Origin: Balneolaceae bacterium UBA3186 | GTDB lineage: Bacteria > Bacteroidota > Rhodothermia > Balneolales > Balneolaceae | DNA: 64,000 bases | Reading direction: 5' to 3' | NCBI GenBank assembly: GCA_002364085.1 | Contig: DEXK01000008.1 | Coordinates: 29,786-93,785, forward strand | In this document: positions 45,352 through 54,423 of the stretch, piece after piece | Layout: every line of letters starts with the position of its first letter | Numbering within the stretch: the stretch's first letter is position 1 | Program-made: the position numbers and the translations under genes | Notes under the pieces: model-generated | Told to the model about the DNA's origin: nothing | Database searches by the model: none | Seen by the model: the letters and a program-made list of their open reading frames with translations, nothing else

Positions 45352-46638
45352 TTACTTTGCCAATCTAATTCCGGAAAATTGCCATCGAGCATCAGCATGG
45401 AAAAAGTTCCGATACGTTTTTCTTATATGAGACCTAGATGTTGCACAAGATCCTCCGCGTAATACATATTGATTTGCCATAAACTTACCATTGTATTCGC
45501 CTAAAGCTCCCGGCAGTGGTTCATATCCGGGATAGGCAGAATAACTGCTTTGTGTCCACTCCCATACATCGCCGAACATTTGTTTTATTTCTCCTTTTGA
45601 ATTTCTTAAAGGTGTTGGATGAAATAAATCACTATCAACGAAGTTCCCCACTATTTCACGATTCCCGCAGGCATACTCCCACTCTTGTTCAGTTGGAAGC
45701 CTACATCCTTTCCATCTGGCAAAGGCATCTGCTTCATAATAACTTATATGAGTTACCGGCTCGTTTGGATGAATCGCGCGCGCACCTGACAATGTGTAAT
45801 TAAACCACGAACCATCTCTTTTAAACCAATAAAGAGGAGCTTTCCATAGATCTGACTTCACTTTACTCCATCCTTCATCTAACCAAAACTCTGATCTTTC
45901 ATACCCTCCTTCACTCATAAACTCCAGATACTCTTCATTGGTAATCAATCTGTTGGCAAGTTTAAAATTCTGAACAAATGTTCTATGTCTGGGATGCTCA
46001 TTATCGTATGTAAATTCATCTCCCTTACTTCCGATTTCAACAATTCCTTCTTCATACTCAATCCATTTTAATTCTGAAGAAACTCCTGGATCAATTTCTT
46101 TTCTCTCTTTATAAACGGGCAACAAAGGGTTTTGAGCCAACAGGTATTTTAAGTCAGTTATAATAAGTTCCTGATGCTGTTGCTCATGGTTTATACCGAT
46201 TTCCAACACATTGGATGCTTTTTCCCAAGTTTGGTCATCACAAGAATTTATAAAATCAGAAACCTGATCATTCACATATTCCCGGTATTCGAAAACTTCT
46301 TTTACAGTCGGACGAGACAGCAATCCACGCTTAGCTCGAGAAAAAGGAACACCGGTCTGTAAATAATAGGAGTTAAAAAAATAAGCGTATTGGGGATGTA
46401 AGCTTTCAAAATTGGATTGAAATTTTTCTAATACAAAAGTCTCAAAAAACCAACTTGTATGTGCCAAATGCCATTTGGTAGGACTTGTATTTTCCATTGG
46501 TTGAATCACAAAGTCTTCAATTTCCAATGGCTCCACCAAATGATGAGTAAAAGCTCTTACTTTATTGAAATTACCTTCAATGCTTTCTCTCGAAAATCTT
46601 GAATCTTGTTCTTTGGATTTAATCTGTGTCTCACTCAT
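45352..46638 (-). CDS. egtB: Ergothioneine sulfoxide synthase EgtB
   Basis: DinB-like SPTKWHLAHTSWFFE and HEQQHQE (Fe His ligands), FNSYY loop, FGE-like RLPTEQEWE and YNGKFMANQYVLRGGSCAT. Confidence 0.97.
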   Translation of the reverse strand: MSETQIKSKEQDSRFSRESIEGNFNKVRAFTHHLVEPLEIEDFVIQPMENTSPTKWHLAHTSWFFETFVLEKFQSNFESLHPQYAYFFNSYYLQTGVPFSRAKRGLLSRPTVKEVFEYREYVNDQVSDFINSCDDQTWEKASNVLEIGINHEQQHQELIITDLKYLLAQNPLLPVYKERKEIDPGVSSELKWIEYEEGIVEIGSKGDEFTYDNEHPRHRTFVQNFKLANRLITNEEYLEFMSEGGYERSEFWLDEGWSKVKSDLWKAPLYWFKRDGSWFNYTLSGARAIHPNEPVTHISYYEADAFARWKGCRLPTEQEWEYACGNREIVGNFVDSDLFHPTPLRNSKGEIKQMFGDVWEWTQSSYSAYPGYEPLPGALGEYNGKFMANQYVLRGGSCATSRSHIRKTYRNFFHADARWQFSGIRLAK

Positions 46639-46704
46639 ATAACGGTGCAGTTCAGTGTCATGTAGTAATGTAGGAAATCAACACCAAACCCAAAAAACTC
46701 ATTC

Positions 46705-46962
46705 CTATTCTTCCCTGTAAAAATGTATTTTTTTTATTGAGGGGTCTTTTTTACTCTTGATCTTAATATTTTTAACTCTGCTATGCTGATAAACCGCAGT
46801 TCGCATCGAATTCACATTTTTGTCGCTGGTATATGAAACCTCAATTGCCTGTCCACCCGGTTTTAACTTATCAATAGCTTCCAAAAGGGGCTTAAACTTT
46901 GAATTTCTTTTTTTGGAAGAATTTATTGCCGATCTCTTAACAAACTTAATATCCATAATCAT
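46705..46962 (-). CDS. Small basic hypothetical protein (start uncertain: 46968 TTG, 46962 or 46956 ATG)
   Basis: Lys/Arg-rich ORF of about 83-87 aa, alone between the histidine kinase and egtB on the same strand. Confidence 0.75.
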   Translation of the reverse strand: MIMDIKFVKRSAINSSKKRNSKFKPLLEAIDKLKPGGQAIEVSYTSDKNVNSMRTAVYQHSRVKNIKIKSKKDPSIKKIHFYREE

Positions 46963-47031
46963 ACCCAATTAGATACATACTATAATATCGAATATAGTTT
47001 TTTATTTCTAGAAAAACCTTTAATTAAATTC

Positions 47032-49023
47032 TTAAGACTTAGGCAAGCTAACTATAAATTCAGATCCCTTATATTCTTCTGAAATAACAGTAATTGTGCC
47101 GTTATGAGCCTCTACCAGATCTTTACATAACAGCAATCCCAATCCGGTTCCTTTCTCAGAAAGTGTCCCTCTTCTTTGCGGTCTGTTTTCTTTATCAAAA
47201 AGCTGATCTTTAATTTCTGGGGTCATTCCAATTCCGGAATCCTTAATACTGATAGTTACAGAATGCCCACTCTCATTTATATTCACATTTATCTCACCAT
47301 CTTTTTCGGAGTACTTAATTGCATTCGAGATCAAATTTCTGAAAACAGTGGAAAGCATATTGGCATCAGCCATAATATGCACATCAGACGGCTCCAAATT
47401 TACGGTTACTCTTTTTTTTGCTGCAGATGTTTCGAAAATGGAAAAACTGTAAGATAATAGTTGAGCAATATCTACTTCTTCTCTTTCAATGCTAATTTCA
47501 CCATTCTGAACCCTGATCCAATCAAGCAGATTCTCCAGGAGCTCATAAGCATTGTTTGAGGATAAATGTACAAGTGAGAGAGTCTTTATGCTCTTTTCAA
47601 TTTTGTCTTTACTATTACTTTCTTTTAACTCATCAATCAAAAGCTCGATCAATCCATTAATCCCGAAAAACGCTCCTTTTAGATCATGCGCAATAATTGA
47701 GTACAGTTTGTCCCTTGTTTCAGTAAGCCTCAATAGCTCCTCGTTTTGAGCAATTATTCGCTTCTCATAATTAACCTGCTTACTTATGTCCTGAAACGTT
47801 CCACTAAGCCTTACTACATTCCCATCAACTATATGCGGCTCACCAATTGCACGCACCCACTTAAAAACTTTTTTTTCTGAAATAAATGGAAGTACAAGGT
47901 CATATTTTTCATGATTCATAGTGGCTTTGTTAATAGCCATTGAAAGTTTATCTCTGCCTTCCCCCGGAAAATGATCCATTCCTTCTTCCAGTACAATTTC
48001 TGATCCAATTTCTTTATCATGAATTCGGTACACTTCATCAGTCCAGGATATCTTTCCTGTCGTTAGATCAAATTCCCATCCACCTACATTCGCCATTTCC
48101 TGGGCTTTCTCGAACATCAATTCCAGATTCTTTCTGGCAGTTACATCTCTTGAAATAGATTGCAAGCCTATTGGTTTACCATCAAGATCCTTAACTGTTG
48201 AAACTGAACTCTCAAACCAAATATACTCTCCCTGTTTATTTCGAATCCTATATCTGGAATTAGTTATAATCCCATTCTCTTCCAATTCTTTTCGGGGATC
48301 CTCCATCAGCATTTCCAGATCTTCTTCATGGATCAGGTCAGCATGATTCTTTCCAAGTAACTCCTGATAAGTATAGCCTAAAATATTTTCTACTGAAGGG
48401 GATATAAATGTATACACTCCATCCATGTTATGTAAACAGATCAGGTCAGCACTATTTCTAGAGATCAGTTCAAGCCGTTCATTTTTTTCTTTTAGGGCCT
48501 TAACTATTCTAGCTCTCTTTATTGTAGCTGCCACCCACTCACTCAAAAGCTTCATCAGAGTGAAATCAGACGGAACAAATCCTCCTTTTTTTGGATTTGG
48601 GCTCGAAAAATTTATGGTCCCGTATAATTCTCTGTTTATAATTATTGGAATTCCTATATAAGCTTCCAGAGAAAAAGTATTGTAGCAAGGGTGACGCTCA
48701 TATGCTGATTCTTTCATATGATTGATCGCAACAACATCATCACTTTCCAACGTTATACTACAGTAGGTATTCCCAAGATCAAATGTTTGTCCCACAGAAA
48801 GCCCGGAATCTTCCGGAAAGAAATTTCTAATTGTATATGTCGCACTCTCATTTGAAATGGAACTGATAATACCTATTTCCATTCCCAATAACTTCGTAGT
48901 TAGCTCAAGTGCATTATCCAGCTGGTCGTTTAAGTCTTTTTTTGGCTGAGACGTGATCTGATACAGAAGCTGTAGCCGCTTCTCTGTTTCCCCAAATTCT
49001 ATTGTGTTGTTATCGGATTTCAA
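47032..49023 (-). CDS. Cytoplasmic GAF-PAS-PAS sensor histidine kinase
   Basis: GAF (AYIGIPI...LYGTINFS), two PAS domains, H-box IIAHDLKG, NLISNAIKYS, DSGIG, GTGLGL; TTG start. Confidence 0.94.
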   Translation of the reverse strand: MKSDNNTIEFGETEKRLQLLYQITSQPKKDLNDQLDNALELTTKLLGMEIGIISSISNESATYTIRNFFPEDSGLSVGQTFDLGNTYCSITLESDDVVAINHMKESAYERHPCYNTFSLEAYIGIPIIINRELYGTINFSSPNPKKGGFVPSDFTLMKLLSEWVAATIKRARIVKALKEKNERLELISRNSADLICLHNMDGVYTFISPSVENILGYTYQELLGKNHADLIHEEDLEMLMEDPRKELEENGIITNSRYRIRNKQGEYIWFESSVSTVKDLDGKPIGLQSISRDVTARKNLELMFEKAQEMANVGGWEFDLTTGKISWTDEVYRIHDKEIGSEIVLEEGMDHFPGEGRDKLSMAINKATMNHEKYDLVLPFISEKKVFKWVRAIGEPHIVDGNVVRLSGTFQDISKQVNYEKRIIAQNEELLRLTETRDKLYSIIAHDLKGAFFGINGLIELLIDELKESNSKDKIEKSIKTLSLVHLSSNNAYELLENLLDWIRVQNGEISIEREEVDIAQLLSYSFSIFETSAAKKRVTVNLEPSDVHIMADANMLSTVFRNLISNAIKYSEKDGEINVNINESGHSVTISIKDSGIGMTPEIKDQLFDKENRPQRRGTLSEKGTGLGLLLCKDLVEAHNGTITVISEEYKGSEFIVSLPKS

Positions 49024-49146
49024 AGGGATATTAAGAACAAAATTACCGGTTATGTGAGATTACGTTATTTTAGTCATAATTGCCATATCAACCATTAATG
49101 TTTCTTTAATGAAAGACGGGCCACTAACTAACCATTACAATTAAAC

Positions 49147-49185
49147 AAAAAAAAGCCACATTGTTTTAAAATCAATGTGGCTTTT
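49147..49185 (-). terminator. Terminator of tRNA-Val
   Basis: AAAAGCCACATTG/CAATGTGGCTTTT perfect 13-bp stem; A-run gives a U-tract on the minus strand. Confidence 0.9.
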
Positions 49186-49210
49186 GGAATTTGTTGCTTA
49201 AAATAAGTTG

Positions 49211-49285
49211 TGGGCGATGAGGGACTCGAACCCCCGACCCCCTCGGTGTAAACGAGGTGCTCTAAACCAACTGAGCTAATCGCCC
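49211..49285 (-). tRNA. tRNA-Val (anticodon TAC), CCA not encoded
   Basis: Minus strand GGGCGATTAGCTCAGTTGGTTTAGAGCACCTCGTTTACACCGAGGGGGTCGGGGGTTCGAGTCCCTCATCGCCCA; anticodon arm CCTCG-TTTACAC-CGAGG. Confidence 0.97.
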
Positions 49286-49297
49286 TAACAAGGGCGA

Positions 49298-49328
49298 CAA
49301 ATATATGAACATTTATAATGCAGACAAA
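49298..49328 (-). promoter_or_regulatory. Canonical Bacteroidota -33/-7 promoter of tRNA-Val
   Basis: TTTG, 19 nt, TATATTTG on the minus strand, ending 12 nt before the tRNA 5' end. Confidence 0.75.
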
Positions 49329-49407
49329 GAAATTTCTTCATAAATATTGATTATTTGGTTAACACTGTTAACTTACGCCATACAAAAGAATAAAAATCCC
49401 CCATATT

Positions 49408-50703
49408 TTGAATAAGTATCCTTTTACAGCTGTTCTTGTTGATGGAATCAGAACTCCCTTTTTAAAATCAGGCACAAATTATAATGATCTTATGGCTTAC
49501 GACCTCGGACGTTATGCTATTCAGGGCTTATTAGCACGTAACGCTGTTGATCCCCTTATCATTGACAGGGTCATTATGGGGAATGTCATCCAAGAAGTTC
49601 GTACCAGTAATGTTGCTCGGGAAAGCGCTTTAGGTGCAGGTATTCCACATTCCGTACCGGCATTTACAGTAGCTTTGGCATGCATTTCTTCGAACCAAGC
49701 TATAGCAAGTGGTGTTGATCTGATAAGATCCGGGCAAGCAAAGATCATTTTAGCCGGAGGTACGGAAACGATGTCAGACATTCCGGTTCGGTTTAAGAAA
49801 AAATTTCGCCAAAAAGTGCTGAAAGCACGAAAGTATAAGTCACCTTTAGATTTTCTGAAATTCTTAAAAGGACTTCGTCCCAAGGACCTTCTCCCTGAAC
49901 TACCTGCAATTGCAGAGTTCTCGACAGGAGAAACTATGGGTAAAAGTGCCGACCGAATGGCTGCAAAGTTCGGAATCTCACGCAAGGATCAAGATGAATT
50001 TGCGATGCGCTCACATCATTTAGCTGCAAAAGCCACGCAGGAAGGTTTGTTGGATGATGAAATTTTTCCAGTAAAGGTACCGCCTAAATTCTCCGTTGTT
50101 AACAATGACAATGGTTTTCGTGCAGACACTTCAGTTGAAAAACTGGCAAAGTTAAAACCAGCTTTTATAAAACCCCACGGAACTATTACAGCCGGAAATG
50201 CTTCTTTTTTAACGGATGGCGCATCTGCAGCTTTTATAATGGAAGAACAAACAGCTCTTTCATTGGGGCTTAAACCAAAAGCTTATTTAAGGGAGTATAA
50301 TTTTGTGTCTCAGGATCCTAAAGATGAATTGCTACTTGGCCCTGCATATGCAACACCAAAAGTCTTAGATCAAATGAATCTTAAACTTGAAGATATTGAC
50401 GTTTTCGAAATTCATGAAGCATTTGCAGGTCAGGTTCTTTCCGTATTAGCTGCTCTAGACTCTAATGAATTTGCTAAAAGATCATTAAACAGAGATTCTA
50501 AACTGGGAGCAATTCCGATGGATAAGATTAACACCATGGGTGGATCTCTCTCATTGGGGCATCCTTTTGGAGCTACCGGAACAAGGTTGGTTACTACTGC
50601 AGCAAACAGACTTATACTTGAGGATGGAAAGTATGCTTTAGTTACAGCTTGTGCTGCCGGTGGTCAGGGTCATGCAATTATCCTAGAGAGATATCTAGGA
50701 TAA
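49408..50703 (+). CDS. fadI: Acetyl-CoA C-acyltransferase (FadI/trifunctional enzyme beta type thiolase)
   Basis: GIRTPF, LACISS (catalytic Cys), HEAFA, GHPFGATG, CAAGG; TTG start. Confidence 0.92.
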   Translation: MNKYPFTAVLVDGIRTPFLKSGTNYNDLMAYDLGRYAIQGLLARNAVDPLIIDRVIMGNVIQEVRTSNVARESALGAGIPHSVPAFTVALACISSNQAIASGVDLIRSGQAKIILAGGTETMSDIPVRFKKKFRQKVLKARKYKSPLDFLKFLKGLRPKDLLPELPAIAEFSTGETMGKSADRMAAKFGISRKDQDEFAMRSHHLAAKATQEGLLDDEIFPVKVPPKFSVVNNDNGFRADTSVEKLAKLKPAFIKPHGTITAGNASFLTDGASAAFIMEEQTALSLGLKPKAYLREYNFVSQDPKDELLLGPAYATPKVLDQMNLKLEDIDVFEIHEAFAGQVLSVLAALDSNEFAKRSLNRDSKLGAIPMDKINTMGGSLSLGHPFGATGTRLVTTAANRLILEDGKYALVTACAAGGQGHAIILERYLG

Positions 50704-50802
50704 ATGACAATAAAGGAATTTTCAAATCTCAAAAATTAGTCCGTTAGTTTCTTCTCCATAAAAGAAATTGAAGGGGCGTTTAAACACCATTTCTGAAAAA
50801 TT

Positions 50803-52914
50803 ATGAGCTACTTAGAAATTACAAAAACAGAGAATGTTGCCGTTTTAACTCTTGACCAACCCGGAGAAAAGGTAAATACACTCAATGAATCTATGATGGA
50901 GCAGTTCGCATCCTTCTTAACTGATCTCGATTCAGATCCTTCACTTATAGGCGCTGTCCTTATTAGTGGTAAAGAAAACAATTTTATTGCGGGCGCCGAT
51001 ATTGAAATGTTTAAATCACGGGAAACAGCACAAGAAATTGAACAGCTTAGTCTAGATGGTCATAAGATCTTAAATCGAGTAGAGAGCTCTTCAAAACCGA
51101 TAGTGGTGGCAATACATGGAAGCTGCATGGGAGGCGGCCTGGAGCTTTCTTTGGCTTGTCAGTATCGAATTGTATCAGACCATTCTAAAACAATATTGGG
51201 TTTACCGGAAGTTAAACTCGGCATTCTTCCGGGCACAGGTGGCACACAACGGCTGCCAAGGTTAATTGGGATTCAAAAGTCATTGAATTTTATGCTTACG
51301 GGGAAAAATATTTATGCCAGACAAGCCTATAAAATTGGATTGGCCGATGAAATGGTTCATAAAGATGCTTTAAAAGGCGCTGCCATTAAAGCTGTTCATA
51401 AGCTATCATCAGGTAATTTTACACGTAAGGATAAAAGATCATCCATGGAAAAGATGATCGAAGGAAATGCCTTAGGTAGAAAAATTGTGTTTTCTCAGGC
51501 TCTCAAACAAACTTTAGCACAGACAAAGGGTAATTACCCGGCTCCCGAAAAAATACTGGATACTGTAGAATTTGGCTATAAGAACGGGAAAGAAAAAGGA
51601 TTGATAAATGAGGCAAAACTTTTCGGTGAACTAGGAGCGACTAAAGAATCCCGAGCTTTGGTAAACTTGTTTTTTGCCATGACCAACGCCAAGAAAAACC
51701 CTCTAAAAGAATTGGTATTGCCTATTGATAAAATAGGAGTACTTGGAGCAGGGTTAATGGGCTCAGGAATTGCAGACGTGAGCATAAACAAAGGCAAATA
51801 TTCAGTGCTTTTAAAAGATCGGGATTTAGAGTCTGCATCTAAAGGGGAAAAAAGCATTTGGGAAGATCTTAATAAAAAAGCCCGGAAAAGAATCATCACT
51901 AAGTTTGAACGTGATGAAGTTGCCAGCAGAGTTACCGGAATAGATTCCTATACCGGCTTTGATGGGGTTGATCTTGTAATTGAAGCTGTGTTTGAAGACC
52001 TGGATCTCAAACATAAAATTATTAAAGAAGTAGAAGATGTAACTGGCGAAAATACAATTTTTGCATCTAACACTTCTTCAATACCAATATCTGAAATCGC
52101 TAAAGCGTCTTCCCGCCCTCAAAATGTTATTGGTATGCATTATTTCTCACCTGTTCAGAAAATGCCATTATTGGAAATAATTACCACTTCCCAAACTGCA
52201 GATTGGGTAACCGCTACTGCTTATGAAGTTGGAGTAAAGCAAGGAAAAACGGTAATTGTAGTAAACGATGGACCCGGATTTTATACCACCCGAATTCTTG
52301 CTCCTTTTATGAATGAGGCATTACTTTTATTAGAAGAAGGAGCATCCATTGAATTTCTGGACAAAGCTATGAAGCAGTTCGGATATCCTGTTGGCCCGAT
52401 GGCTCTTTTAGATGAAGTTGGATTTGACGTAGGCGCTCATGTTGGAGAAACTATGAAGCCAATGTTTGATAAAAGAGGAGCTAAGTCTTCAGAAAAAGCT
52501 AAGGAACTTGTTGATGAAGGCTATTTGGGTCGTAAGAATAAAAAAGGGATGTATTCATATGCAGACGGAAAGAAGAAAGAAGTGAATACCGAGATCTATA
52601 AATACTTCGGTGGTACAAACAGAACAAATCCTGATATGAAAACTGCTCAGTTCCGAATGGCATTGACCATGATCAATGAAGCTGCATATTGCTTAGAAGA
52701 AGGAGTTCTTAAATCAGCTACTGATGGGGATCTTGGAGCAATTCTTGGATTGGGTTTCCCTCCATTTCTCGGTGGACCATTTAGATACATTGATCAAATT
52801 GGAGCTGATACTATAGTGAAAAAACTAACTGCTTTTAGTGAAGAATTTGGCCCTCGTTTCAAACCTTCTGATATTTTAATTCAAAAAGCTGAGTCAAAAG
52901 ATAGTTTTCATTAA
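50803..52914 (+). CDS. fadJ: Fatty-acid oxidation complex alpha subunit (enoyl-CoA hydratase/3-hydroxyacyl-CoA dehydrogenase)
   Basis: FIAGADI, GGGLEL, GLPEVKLG, GAGLMG, EAVFEDL, ASNTSS, GMHYFSP, GLGFPPFLGGP. Confidence 0.92.
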   Translation: MSYLEITKTENVAVLTLDQPGEKVNTLNESMMEQFASFLTDLDSDPSLIGAVLISGKENNFIAGADIEMFKSRETAQEIEQLSLDGHKILNRVESSSKPIVVAIHGSCMGGGLELSLACQYRIVSDHSKTILGLPEVKLGILPGTGGTQRLPRLIGIQKSLNFMLTGKNIYARQAYKIGLADEMVHKDALKGAAIKAVHKLSSGNFTRKDKRSSMEKMIEGNALGRKIVFSQALKQTLAQTKGNYPAPEKILDTVEFGYKNGKEKGLINEAKLFGELGATKESRALVNLFFAMTNAKKNPLKELVLPIDKIGVLGAGLMGSGIADVSINKGKYSVLLKDRDLESASKGEKSIWEDLNKKARKRIITKFERDEVASRVTGIDSYTGFDGVDLVIEAVFEDLDLKHKIIKEVEDVTGENTIFASNTSSIPISEIAKASSRPQNVIGMHYFSPVQKMPLLEIITTSQTADWVTATAYEVGVKQGKTVIVVNDGPGFYTTRILAPFMNEALLLLEEGASIEFLDKAMKQFGYPVGPMALLDEVGFDVGAHVGETMKPMFDKRGAKSSEKAKELVDEGYLGRKNKKGMYSYADGKKKEVNTEIYKYFGGTNRTNPDMKTAQFRMALTMINEAAYCLEEGVLKSATDGDLGAILGLGFPPFLGGPFRYIDQIGADTIVKKLTAFSEEFGPRFKPSDILIQKAESKDSFH

Positions 52915-53060
52915 ATAATCCTTCTTAAGCCAGTTGCAATTTATAATGCTATTAATATTATAGTTATATACGATAAAAATCTCTGGCACATATCATTCTA
53001 TGCCAATCTAATACTAGCGATACACCTTTTCGAGCTTAAGTACAATTTCATCTATTAGCT

Positions 53061-53220
53061 GGTGCTGAGAGAAGAGAGGCATGCAGACAAGCCTCTTTGA
53101 TATGAAGTTACCCACTGCATAACCTTTATCACTAAACCTTAGTTAAGCCTGTTTAGCGTCTCAAAGTTTAGATATAAATAAAGATGACCAAAACTTATTT
53201 CGGTCTCCTAGATTAGCACT
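53061..53220 (+). ncRNA. Candidate structured RNA (four-way junction with possible loop-loop pairing); no known family recognised
   Basis: Manual pairing only: P1 53066-70/53159-63, H1 53073-98, H2 53099-130, H3 53132-56, loop complement TGCAG/CTGCA, outer GGTGC/GCACT. Confidence 0.3.
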
Positions 53221-53268
53221 TGAATTAAGTCCTATATTCTGACAGCGTTTCTAAACAAAAATATTGGA

Positions 53269-54303
53269 ATGAAAAAAACACTTACACTCTTTTTAATTTC
53301 GCTTGTTTTCATTACCTGCTCGAAAACAAAAGAGAAAACTTTCGAATTAACCGAGTTTAAAATTGAAGATATCAGCATTCGCGCGATCGAAACTTTAGAT
53401 GAAAACACAATGTGGTTTGCCGGTTCTAATGGAAAAATTGGATTTACGAACGATGGGGGTAAGTCATGGAATATTGATAGCATTTATTTCGATACTCTTA
53501 AGCCCGAATTCAGATCTATTGCTATAAAAGATAGCTCCATATTTGTTTTAAGTATTGCCTCCCCTGCGTTGCTTTTTAAGTCTATGAATAAAGGAAAAGA
53601 TTGGGAATTGGTTTATAAAGAAGAACATCCTGCAACTTTTTATAACGCCATGGCTATTTCAAAAAATGGTTTCGGAGTAGCTGTAGGGGATCCAATAGAG
53701 GAGTGTCTTTCTGTATTAATTACCGAAAACGGAGGCAAAACCTGGAATAAAATAGATTGCGAGAAGTTGCCTATAGTAGCTGACGGAGAAGCAGGTTTTG
53801 CTGCGAGCAACTCAAATGTTAATATTATTGAGGATAATGTTTGGTTGGTTACAGGTGGAACTAGAGCTAGAGTTTTTCATAGCGAGAATAGAGGGGAAAC
53901 CTGGCAGGTATATAACACCCCAATTGTTAAAGGTGGACAAATGACCGGGATTTTTTCGAGCCATTTTTATGATATACAAAATGGTATAGTTATGGGTGGG
54001 GACTGGAACAAAAAAGATACAAATACACAAAACAAAGCTATAACTTCTGATGGTGGAAGAACTTGGACATTAATCGCTGATGGAGAAGGTCCTTCTTATC
54101 GGTCATCAGTTAGGTATATCCCTAAAAGTAAAGGAAAAGAGCTTATTGCGGTAGGTATTCCTGGGATTTCGTATTCCAATGATGGGGGAATAAGTTGGAA
54201 AAAAATAAGCGGTGAATCCTATTATACAATACGTTTTTCTCCGGATGGTAAATCAGCTTGGTTGGCTGGTTCGGGAAAGATTGGGAAATTAAACTGGAAA
54301 TAA
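53269..54303 (+). CDS. BNR/Asp-box repeat (YCF48/WD40-YVTN-like) beta-propeller lipoprotein
   Basis: Lipobox FITC; repeated T.DGG.(S/T)W motifs; GFAASN. Confidence 0.88.
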   Translation: MKKTLTLFLISLVFITCSKTKEKTFELTEFKIEDISIRAIETLDENTMWFAGSNGKIGFTNDGGKSWNIDSIYFDTLKPEFRSIAIKDSSIFVLSIASPALLFKSMNKGKDWELVYKEEHPATFYNAMAISKNGFGVAVGDPIEECLSVLITENGGKTWNKIDCEKLPIVADGEAGFAASNSNVNIIEDNVWLVTGGTRARVFHSENRGETWQVYNTPIVKGGQMTGIFSSHFYDIQNGIVMGGDWNKKDTNTQNKAITSDGGRTWTLIADGEGPSYRSSVRYIPKSKGKELIAVGIPGISYSNDGGISWKKISGESYYTIRFSPDGKSAWLAGSGKIGKLNWK

Positions 54304-54364
54304 TGTTAATAAGCTCTTTCCGTTCATACTAACTTTTGTTCGCTTACAATACTTCGGATAAAAT

Positions 54365-54394
54365 AAAAGCCCCTTCATTTCTGAAGGGGCTTTT
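54365..54394. terminator. Bidirectional terminator (rpoC and BNR gene)
   Basis: AAAAGCCCCTTCA-TTTC-TGAAGGGGCTTTT perfect stem. Confidence 0.92.
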
Positions 54395-54423
54395 CAATTT
54401 ATCTTAGATAAAAGTTCAGAGAA

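Noticed and set aside
49280-49297. Perfect 7-bp hairpin TCGCCCT-TGTT-AGGGCGA pairing the tRNA-Val leader with its 5' acceptor strand
   Set aside because: The left arm directly follows the TATATTTG promoter box, so most of it is probably upstream of the transcription start; likely coincidence.
50717-50733. AATTTTC AAATCTC AAA between fadI and fadJ as another heptamer tract
   Set aside because: Only two units; not distinguishable from AT-rich background.
52984-53005. TGGCA-N12-TGCCA palindrome considered as a sigma54 promoter
   Set aside because: The required TTGC at the -12 position is absent on both strands.
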